Assembly: GCF_000150275.1 (NCBI RefSeq)
Contig: NW_002060946.1
Coordinates: 3,987,454-4,051,453 of the forward strand
Origin: Trichoplax adhaerens
Lineage: Eukaryota; Animalia; Placozoa
DNA length: 64,000 nucleotides
Direction: 5' to 3'
Shown here: piece by piece, positions 1 through 13,124 of the stretch
Position numbering within the stretch: position 1 is the first letter of the stretch
Layout: each line of letters opens with the position of its first letter
Notes under the pieces: model-generated
Seen by the model: the letters and a program-made list of their open reading frames with translations, nothing else
The model's database searches: none
What the model was told of the DNA's origin: nothing
Program-made: the position numbers and the translations under genes

Positions 1-950
1 AATATCAGTATGCTGTACTTATAAATAGTTACCTTAAATGTAAGACAATTTATTGGTATTGCATTTTAGATTTCTTTCCCATTTAAGTTGTTAGACCAAG
101 TTTGAATATATAGTTATAATAATTTTTATGTTATACGAACATTATAATTTATGATTCTTTCATGTTTAAATGTATAACTACAAGAAATACAAAAAAGCTA
201 CCACGAGTACATCATTTTATTTATTTATTGTACAGTACTTGTACAGTATTTTAAATTCAAGAAATATGCTTTAGACATTATATTTGTTAAGACAATTTCT
301 TGAAATTTTTTATTCAAAAACTCATAAGATACGTTCGCTACTTGTTCAAATGTTGTTACTATACTGTATACCTTAAGAGTAAATAATGCCTCTTTAACAG
401 TTGTGTACAGTGAACACCAACGTATTGGTGTAAAGTCAATAATTACAATATATCTTATAGAATAGATTAATGATAGCTAAGATTAAACCAGAAAAAGAGT
501 TGTAATTCCAGTTATTGATCCTGTTACAGCCACGCTGTCAATGTGTCAAAACAGTAATAAGAGTTTTGATATCAAGGTTCGGTAATTTGTATTCTTAAAT
601 ACTCAATTGACAGTAGGTTTATTCTTGATGAAATTTATACTTTCGTCTGCTGAGTAAAGTTGATTTACCAAATATTTTAAAATTGTACTTAAATAAAACA
701 CGGTAAAAATCATGTAGCTTTGCTAATATCAGATAAATACTAATTAAATGATATCCAAAATCTTAAATGTTGTCTAAAATTATTCTAATCGTGTGGATTG
801 AATTACGAAAATATTTTCTCCCAAGTAATTTTAACATTCGATAAACAATATTTAGCAGAGCGTAACTTACAACAGTTATACATAAAATCGAAATACCCGG
901 GTTTGCAATCCCTCATTATACATAACTAATATAAAACGAATCAAATTGAG

Positions 951-3900
951 CTAAACGGCTCCAACTGAAGGAAATTTCTGAAATGAAGAAGAAATATTGT
1001 CTCCCATCAAGACTGGATCAATTCGAAATGATGATCGCACTAATGGGTTACGTTTGTATATCCTTTTAAATACGTTTAAGCATTTTGTTCGATTCTCGAG
1101 GTACTGTAGATGAGTTGATAATGGCTTCCTATTTTTTACACATTCCGAGCATTGGAAACGTTTTCTCGGTGTTACCTAAGTTGAAATTAAGAATTACGAA
1201 TCTAAGTCAATATAAAACTAGACTTACAGTAAGTTTTAGCAATACTACAATAAATATTAAAAAAATTAGTTTACATCATTTGATACCTTGATCGGTGGTT
1301 TACCAGTGTAGTTAGCAATTAAAAAATTCATGGCGATATCATCACAATTGAAGTTAGAGTTTACCCAATCTTTTATATCTTGCGGCATATTGTTTATGTA
1401 TAAATAATTATAGTAGCGATGATACATAGCCGCTTTAGTTAATATCATTGATAAATCATTAGTCCAATCGTTCGTATATAACCACTGATGCGCAGATTCA
1501 TTCCAAAGCTGATTACATGCGGGAAATCCTACAATACGGTCTGGATATTCGAGCCAGGTTTGGTAGGCAAACTCTATCTCATCTGGTGTTAACATATTCA
1601 TATCATCATCCATTGCAAAAACGGCATCAGTTTTTAACGTTTTGAATGGTATAAATCTGTAGGATAGGAGTAATTATTTACATTTTTCATAAGCAAGCAT
1701 ATAGAAGCCACCACCTTAACTATAGTATAGAATCTAACAATGTACAAAAACCTGAAATTTAAGAATGAATACTCTACAGATGTTGTACCTGTTGCTTAAT
1801 TTATTATTTTTCATCATCATAACCACTACAGGTTTCTTAGTATTGGCTTCTTCCATTAAGTAACTAGCCGATGGAGCTGCCATTTCTTGTTTATTCCATA
1901 TAATTAATATTTCTTTCAAGCTTGCGACGTTCTCTAAGATTGTTAGTATCCGTTTTAAATTATTAAACCTATTATAAGTGAGAATAATTACAGTGAAGCC
2001 CATCTCTTTGCGCCCAATCACAGGATAAAATATCGGCGGATTATGGTAAACCTGCAATATGAATGCACAATAATATGATATTAATTATGGTATCGAATAG
2101 TAGGGGGAATGAAATATATCTTTTAATATTAAATCACGTATATGCCCGTATATACCATAAAAACTTATACTATAAAGTAAATTATTTAATAACATAGTAG
2201 TTCTTTATAAATACTTACAGCTGGAAGTTGCCTACTTAAATAAGGTTCGTTCCACTCAGAGTATGATCGTGCCGTGTTATAAAAAATTCGATCATTAATA
2301 ATTTGTAAAGTTGTAAGCGTAATTAGTTCTAAGGATTTAAAATAGGATTGCCAGAAAAACATCCCCTACGTTAGGTAAAAATTAATATCATATCATTACT
2401 TTTTTAATTCAATTCAATTTAGTAATTTACATATTGTTCTTATTACTGTACCAAGTTATTGACTTAGAAGTTTTACATACCTGTTTCCGAAGGTTATGTC
2501 TTGTTTTAGTACTTATTGACGATAATACTGCCGGTAGAGATAGTAGTTGATCTTCCCTAAATACCAGAGCAGCTCTCTTCCAGTCCAACACTTCTGAAAA
2601 TGGTAGGATATATTCATCACTTAAAACAACTGGTATACAGCCGAATTTTAATGCATCCAAGAAGTTGCTTTGAATGAGACGATATCCTCTCAACATTAAG
2701 CAAAAAGTAGAATCCTAAAGATGGAATATTCGAAAATATTAGGCAAGCCAATTATATAAAATTCTGTAGTAAATACCAGCATGTGCGTAGAAATATTAGA
2801 TAATAGAGTATTTTTATTTTAATTTAAAGTTTAACAATTAAAGTGATATTGAGGCATCAAATTACAATATAAGTTATTATGAATCAAGAGCTTAATGATT
2901 CATCAATAATCCAATTTAATTCAACTTAAAACAATTTTATCATACGCGTACAGTAGAATTTCCCCAAAAAGTAGCACATTTCTGTTACCTGAAGAATAGT
3001 TGGATATGAAATGGATTGCTTATGGCTGCATCGTTGATAGTATGCTTTATGACTACTATTGACAGAACATCGTTGTAAGATTAATATACGATTATCATTA
3101 GCTAAGTTCATTAGTCTGTTGTCAAATTTTCTATCATAGTGTAATTGTGATGATAGTAATAACCATGGGCGATGATGATGGCTGATATTATTATGATAGT
3201 TTTCATCTTGTGATCTTTGATGATAATCATCATCCTGATGTAAGCTATAGATTGGAATACTTATATCAAAGCCATATCTAAAAAAAGAATTGGAAAACAA
3301 AAAAATTTTAATATTTAATAACTACTTTAATGACATGGTCGTAGAAAAAGACAATGCAATGGCATATTATATATTTACGTCTGTTATTCTATCGTAAGCA
3401 ATAATTGATTGATTCAAGTTAAAATAAAGATTGAAAAAAAGAACGGAGAAGGTGAAAAATATTCATTATTAACTCTTGGCTGATACCTGTATGACAAAGA
3501 CGAGAATCCACCGCCAGCTAGCATCGCTCGACCTCGTCGGGCATCAAGCGATGTATTGAAATGAGGCCACTGTCCAGGCAACATATTAAATAATAAGTGA
3601 TTTTTACCTTGATTCCAATAGGGTAAGTTAGTTAAGGTTAAACCTGCACCTTGAAGGTTAACATGACGTTGATTTAAGACATCATATGATGGTATTAGAA
3701 GGCAAGCAGTTTTGGGGTTATCGACGTAAAATGGGCTGTCGATAATCGCTTGTAGCATGCGTCGATATTCTCTAGTGATAGTGTTGACTGGATCACTGAT
3801 ACCATAAAGATCAGGTAATAGATAACGTGGATAAACATAGACTGTTAATCGGCGATGATCATCTAAACCACAACGATTTAGATCGAAGCACGTATGCATA

Positions 3901-4139
3901 CGACATTGTTGAACTGTTTTGGTCGATGAACCAACTAATAATTGTAAGATGATAGCATGATCCATAGGTAATATATTTTGGTCATTATGTTCGATTTTAT
4001 GAGTACGTGGCGATAAGAAATAATATGCATAGAGTATGGAAGTTAACAAGCTACCTATACCGATAATGATGATAAAAGTTCGATATAGACGTTGGATATT
4101 CCACCATGCAATCCATTTGCTTATCACATTAGCCATCAT
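951..4139 (-). CDS. EXT2: Exostosin-2, heparan sulfate co-polymerase (GT47 + GT64), 7 coding exons
   Basis: Exons approx. 3487-4139, 2989-3277, 2481-2714, 2217-2365, 1789-2052, 1286-1657, 951-1177. Type II TM segment, [70 protein letters not shown], and an EXT2-type C-terminus VTPRKRFQC...IDPVL...FPSVGAV*. Probable 5'UTR intron ~4285-4936. Confidence 0.93.
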
Positions 4140-5106
4140 TTTTGTCTACATGGGTATTTGCTTATGAACATATCGATGAATGAATGAATGATTCTTTATT
4201 TTTCTTCGTATTTAATTGCAAATGACTAGGCTAAATTAATTGGTTGATTTTAACTGACATGATGAATAAAATAGGAGATTTTCCTGTATAAGAAATAGAA
4301 AAGATTTTTAATGAATGAATTAATTAATAGTACTATTATTAAATAATGATTTCCATACGTTCGATTAACAACTATTATCAGCCATGGTTTTTGTTGTAAA
4401 TTGATATCATCTTGTGGTTGGATATCGATTTTATGATGATGATGATAACTACATTAACTTTGCATGATCACTTCTTTACCTTTTACTGTATGCTAGCGTT
4501 TATAACGTATAATATCGATGGAAGAAGATCAACTTGATCTCAACGCAGAACTGTACTGAAGACAAATGACTCACTTGATGATGATGATAGAATCAACAGT
4601 TTGAATTTGAAGTACTTGCTTGGGCAATGGGAAGGTATGGTTGGGCTTCTTTAGCTATGATTATTGGATCAGCATCTATATCTATATTGCTATCTATCAT
4701 GTAGTCATTATTTTGGCGGCAATGATTGAACCGGGCTAAACTCGAAAGGGCAGCTAATAAGTGTACAAACAATAGCTCGTATTACTTAGTACAGTATGAT
4801 AAACATTTCAGTCCAGAGATTGTAATCGATCCCTATGCAACGACTAGCCAAGCATGTTAGGGTTCAATCATCGCATACCACTACTCGTAAGTGATCAAAA
4901 AGTCAAAATCAATCCAATACGGGATGGTTAACTTACAGTAGTGTAACAATCAATTTACTTCGCTAGTCCTAGAGCAATTTTCCAGCGCTAATGCCCTCGC
5001 CGGTAGCAAGAAAGAGTCACGTAGAGGCCGCTAGACTAGTCGCCATTTGCCAATGGCTTCTTGAAGGGCTTCCTTGGGGGTATACTGTACAGTACTTGTT
5101 TTTAAA

Positions 5107-5996
5107 AGAGCCACCAAACGGGGCCTGTCATGCGTAGTAGACGAGATGAGACCGGTTCACGGTGTGGCGTGTGCAGATATGAGTGTCATGCCTTTCTCTT
5201 TTAATAGTGGATAGAAAGATAGCTTTAGTATGAAGAAGGAAACGAGAGGGGATGACAGCTTGGTGAAGTCCAGTTGAAACGACTAACACCACAGAAATTC
5301 TTAGCTCGAATCCCGGCCTTGAGCAGGGTTTGGGGTTGATTTTGCATATCCCCAAGTCTTATATTAATTAATTATAATATTAGGCAATTTAGAAAAATAG
5401 CTTCTTGAAGGGCTTACTTGGGGGTATACTTGTGTTTAAAAGAGCCACCAAACGGGGCCTGTCATGCGTAGTAGACGAGATGAGACCGGTTCACGGTGTG
5501 GCGTGTGCAGATATGAGTGTCATGCCTCTCGCTTTTAATAGTAGATAGAAAGATAGCTTTAGTATGAAGAAGGAAACGAGAGAGGATGACAGCTTGGTGA
5601 AGTCCACTTGAAACGACTAACACCACAGAAATTCTTAGCTCGAATCCCGGCCTTGAGCAGGGTTTGGGGTTGATTTTGCATATCCCCAAGTCTTGTATTA
5701 ATTAATTAATTATAATATTAGAGCCACCAAACGGAGCCTGTCATGCGTAGTAGACGAGATGAGACCGGTTCACGGTGTAGCGTGTGCAGATATGAGTGTC
5801 ATGCCTCTCGCTTTTAATAGTAGATAGAAAGATAGCTTTAGTATGAAGAAGGAAACGAGAGGGGATGACAGCTTGGTGAAGTCCAGTTGAAACGACTAAC
5901 ACCACAGAAATTCTTAGCTCGAATCCCGGCCTTGAGCAGGGTTTGGGGTTGATTTTGCATATCCCCAAGTCTTGTATTAATTAATTATAATATTAG
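5107..5996 (+). mobile_element. Three near-identical ~277-bp tandem repeats (5107-5383, 5441-5721, 5720-5996) with a degenerate tRNA-like, SINE-like segment
   Basis: Copies differ by only a few SNPs. Each has an A-box-like TGACAGCTTGG (5253-5263), an anticodon-loop-like CTAACAC, a B-box-like GCTCGAATCC (5304-5313), a TTGGGG...CCCCAA hairpin and an AT-rich tail. The repeat is certain; the element class is inferred. Confidence 0.6.
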
Positions 5997-6617
5997 GCCA
6001 TTTAGAAAAATAACTTGATTATACAAATGGAGCATCTTCATACTGACATAGTAGCGAATAGAAGCGTTACCGAAGTCAACCATGGTGCATTCTACTCTAA
6101 GGCATTTTTGTAATTCTATTTTAATACCTATTAGCAATAGGTACTAAAATAGAGAAAAAAATAGAATTCCAAAATGCCGGAGTGTACAGGGCGTCCGGAA
6201 AGTCTGGACAAATCATATTTAGTTCTATACGAAAGATGTGTCCAGACTTTATTTCCAAATTTTGCATGCAGTAAGATCATCTTCTGCAGATTTGAATATC
6301 GCAAACAGCAATGTTCTAAGACGTTAAGAAGTCTATATACATATATAGATGTCATATAGATGTACTATACAGTATGGTACAAGTTCTATCGATCCATTAG
6401 ACTGTACCGATACCTTGAGAAAATTGCCAAGTTTCCCTCTACAGTGTACAGTGTACTGTACTGTAAAGCCAGAAAGTACTGTACACTCTACAACTCCAGT
6501 ACCAGATTGGGCCGTTCCCAATCGTACCGGAATGCTCACTCCTGAGTCCTCTTGCTTGCCTAGCTTGTAATGGCGCCTTGATGCTCTTCCACGTCTACTT
6601 TCATTGCAGAATTGAAA

Positions 6618-7889
6618 ATGGCTTCTAGCTATCGTAGTAATTTACAAACGAATCAGCCACCCTACAAATTAATCCACCTTTGTGCTGATATTGTGGTCAA
6701 ATATGCTAGTATTACCAAGATCGCTCTCAATGTATTGCCAGCTGAATTATTTCCAGCGTTATTAGATGCATCGCTGCGAGAATTACGAGTCTTGCCGTTA
6801 TCCATGTTGATCTCCCATTGGCCCTTAGCCCAATTAACTTATAACAAATATAATGTATATCCTACCATTCAACATTTACCACTGGTTTATGGCATTTTAT
6901 CCCATTTAATTGCTGCTAATATCGATAATTTTACTAGAAAAAATTCCAAATTAAAAGTCATCGATTTGCGTGGTATCACCATTGATCCTAATGGAATGTT
7001 GACATTTGTAAAAGCAATCATGCAAACAAATCAACATCCATGTCATCATCATTTAACGCTATCATTTGATGACGACCAACTTCGACGAAAATATACTCAA
7101 ACTGATCATGCATTAACCAATGAAGATCAAGTACATCCAAAACCATCTACCAAGCGATTAAAATTGGCCCATCAATTACAATTCTTTCTCGAATGCCATG
7201 TTGATACTAATAACTATCACGAAATTGGTCAGTTACTACGAATGGAAAATGCTCGCATCGATGTTCATATAACATCGCTTCGATGCCAAGAAATTGGCTG
7301 TAAAAAGATCCTATCGTTATTGCGATTACTCAAACCCGATGAGATAACAATGCTAAATTTAGACTTTAATGATCTTGGTGGTAAGTACTTTTCATCTCTG
7401 ACCAATCAGTTGCAACATTGTCTGCGCTTAACAACACTCAATGTAGCCTACAATAATTTAACTCGTATTCAAATTACTCTACTATCAAAATCCTTGCTGT
7501 ATCTAAAATCGTTAAAACACCTCAACTTAAGTGGTAATCGTTTAAATTCACTACTACGTCAACTATTAGCTAACCTTACACACTCGGTGGAAATATTAAA
7601 ACTCAATTATTGTTGTTTAACCAATCGAGATTTATTCGATCTAGCGGAATCGCAACAACATTGTCAACACTTGAGCGAGTTGCATCTAGAAAGTAATAAT
7701 TTAGCACAAAAATTAGAGTCTGTAAAATGTCTATTGAGCCGCACAATCAATCTAAAAACAGTTAAACTAAGCGATAATGGTATTGATCAAGGAATTTTTA
7801 TATCTCTTTGTCATACTGCTCCTTCCATACAACATGTTCTGTGTAAATGGAATGAAGAAGATACGCAACAGGATCATGCTCTTCCTTAA
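6618..7889 (+). CDS. LRRC14: LRRC14/PRAME-family leucine-rich repeat protein, intronless
   Basis: Single 423-aa ORF from ATG 6618. PRAME-type N-terminus (ALNVLPAELFPALL...SHWP, KLKVIDLRG) and C-terminal LRRs (LKHLNLSGNRL, LKLNYCCL, LHLESNNL). Confidence 0.8.
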   Translation: MASSYRSNLQTNQPPYKLIHLCADIVVKYASITKIALNVLPAELFPALLDASLRELRVLPLSMLISHWPLAQLTYNKYNVYPTIQHLPLVYGILSHLIAANIDNFTRKNSKLKVIDLRGITIDPNGMLTFVKAIMQTNQHPCHHHLTLSFDDDQLRRKYTQTDHALTNEDQVHPKPSTKRLKLAHQLQFFLECHVDTNNYHEIGQLLRMENARIDVHITSLRCQEIGCKKILSLLRLLKPDEITMLNLDFNDLGGKYFSSLTNQLQHCLRLTTLNVAYNNLTRIQITLLSKSLLYLKSLKHLNLSGNRLNSLLRQLLANLTHSVEILKLNYCCLTNRDLFDLAESQQHCQHLSELHLESNNLAQKLESVKCLLSRTINLKTVKLSDNGIDQGIFISLCHTAPSIQHVLCKWNEEDTQQDHALP

Positions 7890-10143
7890 AGATTATTGGA
7901 TTTGTGATAATTGAATGCAATAGGCTGGGATATAAATTAAATTTAATTCATCAGTGCTGTACTTCAAGATTGAATCCAAGATTGATTAATGTTTAACCTT
8001 ATACGCGTATAACGATTGCAATTCATCGTTATTGATTGATCCTGTTAACGCTTACGGTATAATACAGTTCTATTATTACTGTATACATACTTTCTATCTA
8101 TATTGAAGAATTAACGTAGTATATGCTACTTGAAGGTTCACTTTCATGTTAGACCCGAATTTATCTTTTATACGTGTACAAGATGTATCCTACATGACCA
8201 CATCTAAAATTTGTTACAAAACAACGTAAACAACGTAGACACACATGTTAATAGGGTTTTAAATAGCTCGTTTACAATAAGCACTGATCTATACCGTCCA
8301 AAAAATTTGTTATGGGTTACTGTAATCGTGGTCTGCATTTTGCCATTATCGGCATTAGCAATTTAAAAAAAAATTGATTAACTTCAGTTATATAGCCCCT
8401 CAGCATTTAATGCATCTCTACTATTATATACAATTTGACTTTATAGATAGAATTTATTTAAAGAATAGAGATATCGCCCGTTGTCGTAAAGGGGTACGAA
8501 ATATCAAAACCTGCACTTTTTAAAGTTTTACAAATGTTATTTATGTTTTGTAATTGTTGGATTTTAGTAAGCTTGATTATGCTTTATAGAACAGGTTATA
8601 TAAGCTAATGTTATGTATTGTTTTATAATTTAATCAGAGTTTTTATTTACCTTACAAGAATAATCGTTCATCATTGCACTATACTAAGACTGTCTCCTAT
8701 CGTTTTTTCACCTTGTGAAAATGAAAAGTTATTAAAGTAAAAGAAAAATAAACGTTATTTTTTGATAGAAATCACAACCTAAATCGACGATGCAAATTAA
8801 TACGAAATACTAACTGATTTAATATCGAGTTCTGCAGCGATAAAGAAAATAAAAGCAAATTTGAAACAACAGTAGTTTTCTTCAAATACACTGTTAATTA
8901 TATGATAGTATGGCATTCTCTTTTCAATGCAATTTTCATCGTTTTATAATAAGTACGTAAGTGTATTGGGTAAGTACCGAAGTAGGTTATGGATTGATAG
9001 TAAAATCTCTGGTTGTTTCATATATTATTGGAAAAACAAGAGTATATAGGGACTCTAAGCTACATTGATGATCCGGAAAATCTGAAGATGTTGCCTTTAT
9101 CCTTTTCCAAACTCATCACACTTTCTTAGAACTAGTATTGTACTGTACGATCCATACTATTATTTATTTATAATGCTAAGTATCCAAACTCTTAATACGC
9201 AATTATACATGTAATCACTTTCGTAGAACGTAATGATTTTATATCAGCTATAGCTTATAACATTAAGTTATCACGTCAATACGTTAAAACGGGTTCCCAA
9301 AAACCTTTATATTATCAAAATTGATTAAATATCTGCAATTCATACAACTAATACGATATGATCACTACTTAAATATTCACAAATTTACATTCCTTTAGTG
9401 CTTTATACATAGTCAATACTATAATACGATATGGCGAGACAAAATTAATACAAATATTTCGTCAATTTACCGGAATTGATATGATACTGGGATACAGTAA
9501 GTATAAGCACAAGCACAAATATGCCCTTATGCAAATATTCAATAAAGTCTATTGTGTAGTATATCGATTTACTGTACTTCTTTTTACGCGTATATCCCTG
9601 TATCCGCTACAAATTCTGAAGTTATGAATTGCAATATACGGATATGCATTTGAATTTTACACCGTAGTTGATGATATTTAATCAGAAGAGTATGAATGAG
9701 GCTATGCTGCGGTATTAATATTACATTAGAGTAGTAAAATATTAACAATTAACTGCCCTTCATTTAAACAATTCATTAAATCGCAGACTCTTAAATTCAG
9801 GCCATTTGAAACGTAAATATTACTACTATTTTGGAATAGTATACTGATATTGTAATTAGTTAAAAAATATGATTAACATTGTCACTGGCATATATCCATG
9901 GACCTTGTATTTTTACTGTATGCGTATAATAATGGAAATAGAACTATACATATATTATAAAGAGTGTCTCAGGCAATAAATCCTGAGTATATATATATAA
10001 GCGTGAAGTTTGTCGAAAAAGCAATTTGAAATTTAAAATAAATTTCAGCATTTTCCAATAATTATATACGATTTAATCAAATCAATTTTTTCACGCTCTG
10101 TATCTGAGCCATACAAATAGTATCGGATCTTGAGTATAAACAT

Positions 10144-12495
10144 CTACTTTCTTAACATTTCCAAATGTGGTTGTGTCCATTGATTTTGTAGATGATTTCC
10201 TGTTTGTATCTTTGTCCAAGTTTTCTTATTCGTTTTTAGTGCCATCTGATAGTAAAAATGCAAGAAGAAATGTTAGTACCCACATAAATATACTATGAAA
10301 TGCACCTAATAAAAATCTCAGTATTAACAAAATCACTATGTAATCAGATTTGTTAACTATTTAAAATTATTACCTCAGCTATTTCTACCTTCCTCTCCCA
10401 ACTTTTTACCTGATAGGTTTAAAATAAAATAATAAATCAAATATTGAATGAACTCTATTTATCTCCCATCAACGACAATGGATTACTATTTTGTCTATCT
10501 CACAAATAGTTATAAACAAGTGTGAAAATTACTACCAAATTACCGTTTTCTGCAAATCATATAAATTCGAACGTTCCGCAACATATTCCATGATCTAATT
10601 ACCGGAATAGATAGATCCAAAAGTTATCGCTTCGTATTTAATAAAAATTTATTGAATTACTCGATTGTCTATAAAATTCGTCAATAGTAGCTATATTACC
10701 TCAGGAACTTTATAATCTGCTAGTTGCTTTTTAAGATTCGTATTTACACTCTCTGCCATCTTTTTTTCATGGTGAACTTGATCATTTTCGACGGTAATTT
10801 TGCTTAATATCTCGTGGCGTTGACCTATTTCGGTTTTAAGTCGGTTGGATTCAAGTGTCAACGTGTGCAATTTTTTCTATCAATTTATAAGGAGAAAAGA
10901 TTAAAATAATTTCATGTAAATGCTAGCGATAAGTAACATTGCCAGAGAAGTATTTAATAATATTTACTCTGTAAGAATTTAAAATTTGCAAAGTATTTGC
11001 GGCCATTAATTTTAGTCTTAATAATTCTTGGTTACGCTCGTCAATTTTTTCCAAATATTGGTTATTCTCGATCTTTAATTGATTAAAGTCGACTTCATGC
11101 AAAACTTCACCCATTTCTTCTTTCTACACGCAATGTAGTTTATGATGTTACTTATAGGCATAGTCCATAAAATGTTTTGATTGTTATTAAAGGTTATCCT
11201 ATATTATATATTATAGATCAGAGCTTTGTCAATAGTTCACACCTGCTTTAATTGTAAGTTCAATTTTCTTTTTTGTGCCCGTAAAGCTGCATTTTTTAGG
11301 CGAAGTTTCTCAACCAAGGTATCCTAAATTTGCGGTATTGATGATATTGTTCAATTTTAGTCGATATTTTAATATTATCCAACACTGTTATTTAAGTCAA
11401 GGACTTACCCTCTGCCTAATTTTTTCCTCAAAGTATCGTTGAACTTTTTCTGCCATGACTTTTTTCGTTCTATCATTTACTGCTCCTTGTACAATGTCAC
11501 GATTATATTCGTACATTGCTTTTTTAATTTCTGCTAAAGCAATATCAGCTTCTTCCATAACTGCTTTATGATTATCAACGACTTTTTCTGCATCTTCTTT
11601 AGACTTGTCGATTTCATCTCGGAGTTCTTCAATCTCTCGAGCAGCTATGTCACATTTTTGTTCAGCATTTAACTTGGAAAGTCTACATCCGTATAATTGA
11701 ATGTGTTACAGTCATTACGATAACGAGATCACACTGAGAATGGGCAAGGTGATTTTGTATTGTTACAATTCAGTATCGCAAACCTGTCTGTTACAGAAGT
11801 TCCTCTCATTCTTGATCGTTTCTTATTCAAAGTATGGGCATCTAATTGTAGTTGTGGTAGGAGAGGAGCTAGCCAATGGACAAGGAAATAAGTTAGTCAA
11901 TAGCCACCATAGTAAGGTAAAAAAATATTTGTGGCCATTATGATAGAAATTCTGTGTATTCAAAGTTGGTGCAATAACGACAACAACTATAAAAAAATCA
12001 TGTTCTCTATACTAGCGATCTTATCATTTATGAATTTACAAATTGATCTATACGTTCAATATTTACCAGCGATATGTTTTGATTGTGATAGATGAGGTTC
12101 AACACGTTTCAGATATTTCTCAAACATTTTAGTTTCTGTAGCCAAAACCTCATTATTGCGACTAGTATAATAGATAAAAAGATAGATATTAAGCCCAAGA
12201 GAACATTAATATCCTTTCCTATTTAGTAGCCTCTATTGAGCTGGTTCCACTTAACAAAATAATTCAAATATGATTCAATCCTTGCAAGGCTATGAAAAGT
12301 TGAACTATGATATATGATTTTGATTGTACTCCTTGTACACTCATGCAGTATCAAAATAGACAATACTTACAGGGTTTCGTCTACTAATTTCTTTAAATCT
12401 TCATCGCTAAGATCGTTTAAGAAATCTTCAGGATCATTGGAAGAGGTAGAAACAATGTCAGTCGAACTGTCCTTTTCTGTTAAGACTGCAGCCAT
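10144..12495 (-). CDS. CCDC113: Coiled-coil domain protein 113 / CFAP263 (ciliary, DUF4201), multi-exon
   Basis: Spliced peptides LNAEQKCDIAAREIEELR, MAEKVQRYFEEK, EEMGEVLHEVDFNQLKIENNQYLEKIDERNQELLRLK, YKVPEIMEYV, WERKVEIAEMALK. ATG at 12495, TAG at 10144-10146. Confidence 0.9.
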
Positions 12496-12524
12496 TTTTC
12501 CAGTTTAGCTTTGAAGGCGAAATG

Positions 12525-12538
12525 GGTACTATGACAAC
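12525..12538. promoter_or_regulatory. RFX X-box-like motif GGTACTATGACAAC
   Basis: One mismatch to GTTRCYATGRCAAC, with a perfect ATGACAAC half-site, 30 bp upstream of the ATG of a ciliary gene. Confidence 0.55.
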
Positions 12539-13124
12539 CGGACACAAATGTTAACATTCTAGTACGGTGCAGTACCCACGGTAATTAATTAGCATACTGT
12601 ATCTGTATGAGATTCCAGTACAGTACACGGGTCACAGTAATACCGTACTATACACTGTATCTGTTCCATACTATAGCCTATTCGTACAGTACAGTATACT
12701 GTACTGACTTGACGAATATACTGTAAACTGTACTGTACACTGTATAGTACAGTATAAATGATGTCGAATAAAATGGTAGAGCTCTGCAAGCGCGATGTCT
12801 ATGATAATACTAGACCTGTATTACTATTAGTATTTCATTAGCATTCTTTAGAAAGTGGATCTTCAGCCTAACTGGTATCTTGACCAGTGTTGTAGCAGTG
12901 TTCAATACAGTGCATGATAATAGCAAAGCCTCTAACTTCTATGGTATTGTGACTCTTTTGCTTCCTTACAAAAGTAATGTCAGCAGTGGCAATGATTTTA
13001 CATTGAATTACTATCGGATTATAATTTGAATAGTGACATCCTTTTTGCTAGCATACTGTATTGAGTGCTAATGACTGAGTGCACCACCATAACCTTACTT
13101 TCGCAATACAGCACTGTATTATAC

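Noticed and set aside
5107-5360. Functional tRNA-Val, U3, telomerase RNA (CAACCCCAAACCC), hammerhead ribozyme or histone stem-loop in the repeat
   Set aside because: No cloverleaf stems form. The U3 match is only AAGACT. The template does not fit TTAGGG. The CTGATGA core and cleavage triplet are missing. Only the 3' half (AGAGCCACC) of a histone stem-loop is present and there is no histone gene.
5128-5968. Three 75-aa minus-strand ORFs (MGICKINPKP...)
   Set aside because: They start at TTG, have no recognisable domain and simply reflect the repeat unit.
6131-6570. Overlapping short ORFs here and at 12589, 37132, 56764-57091 and 57695
   Set aside because: They are translations of low-complexity GTAC promoter tracts, rich in Y, C, T, V and Q, and not genes.
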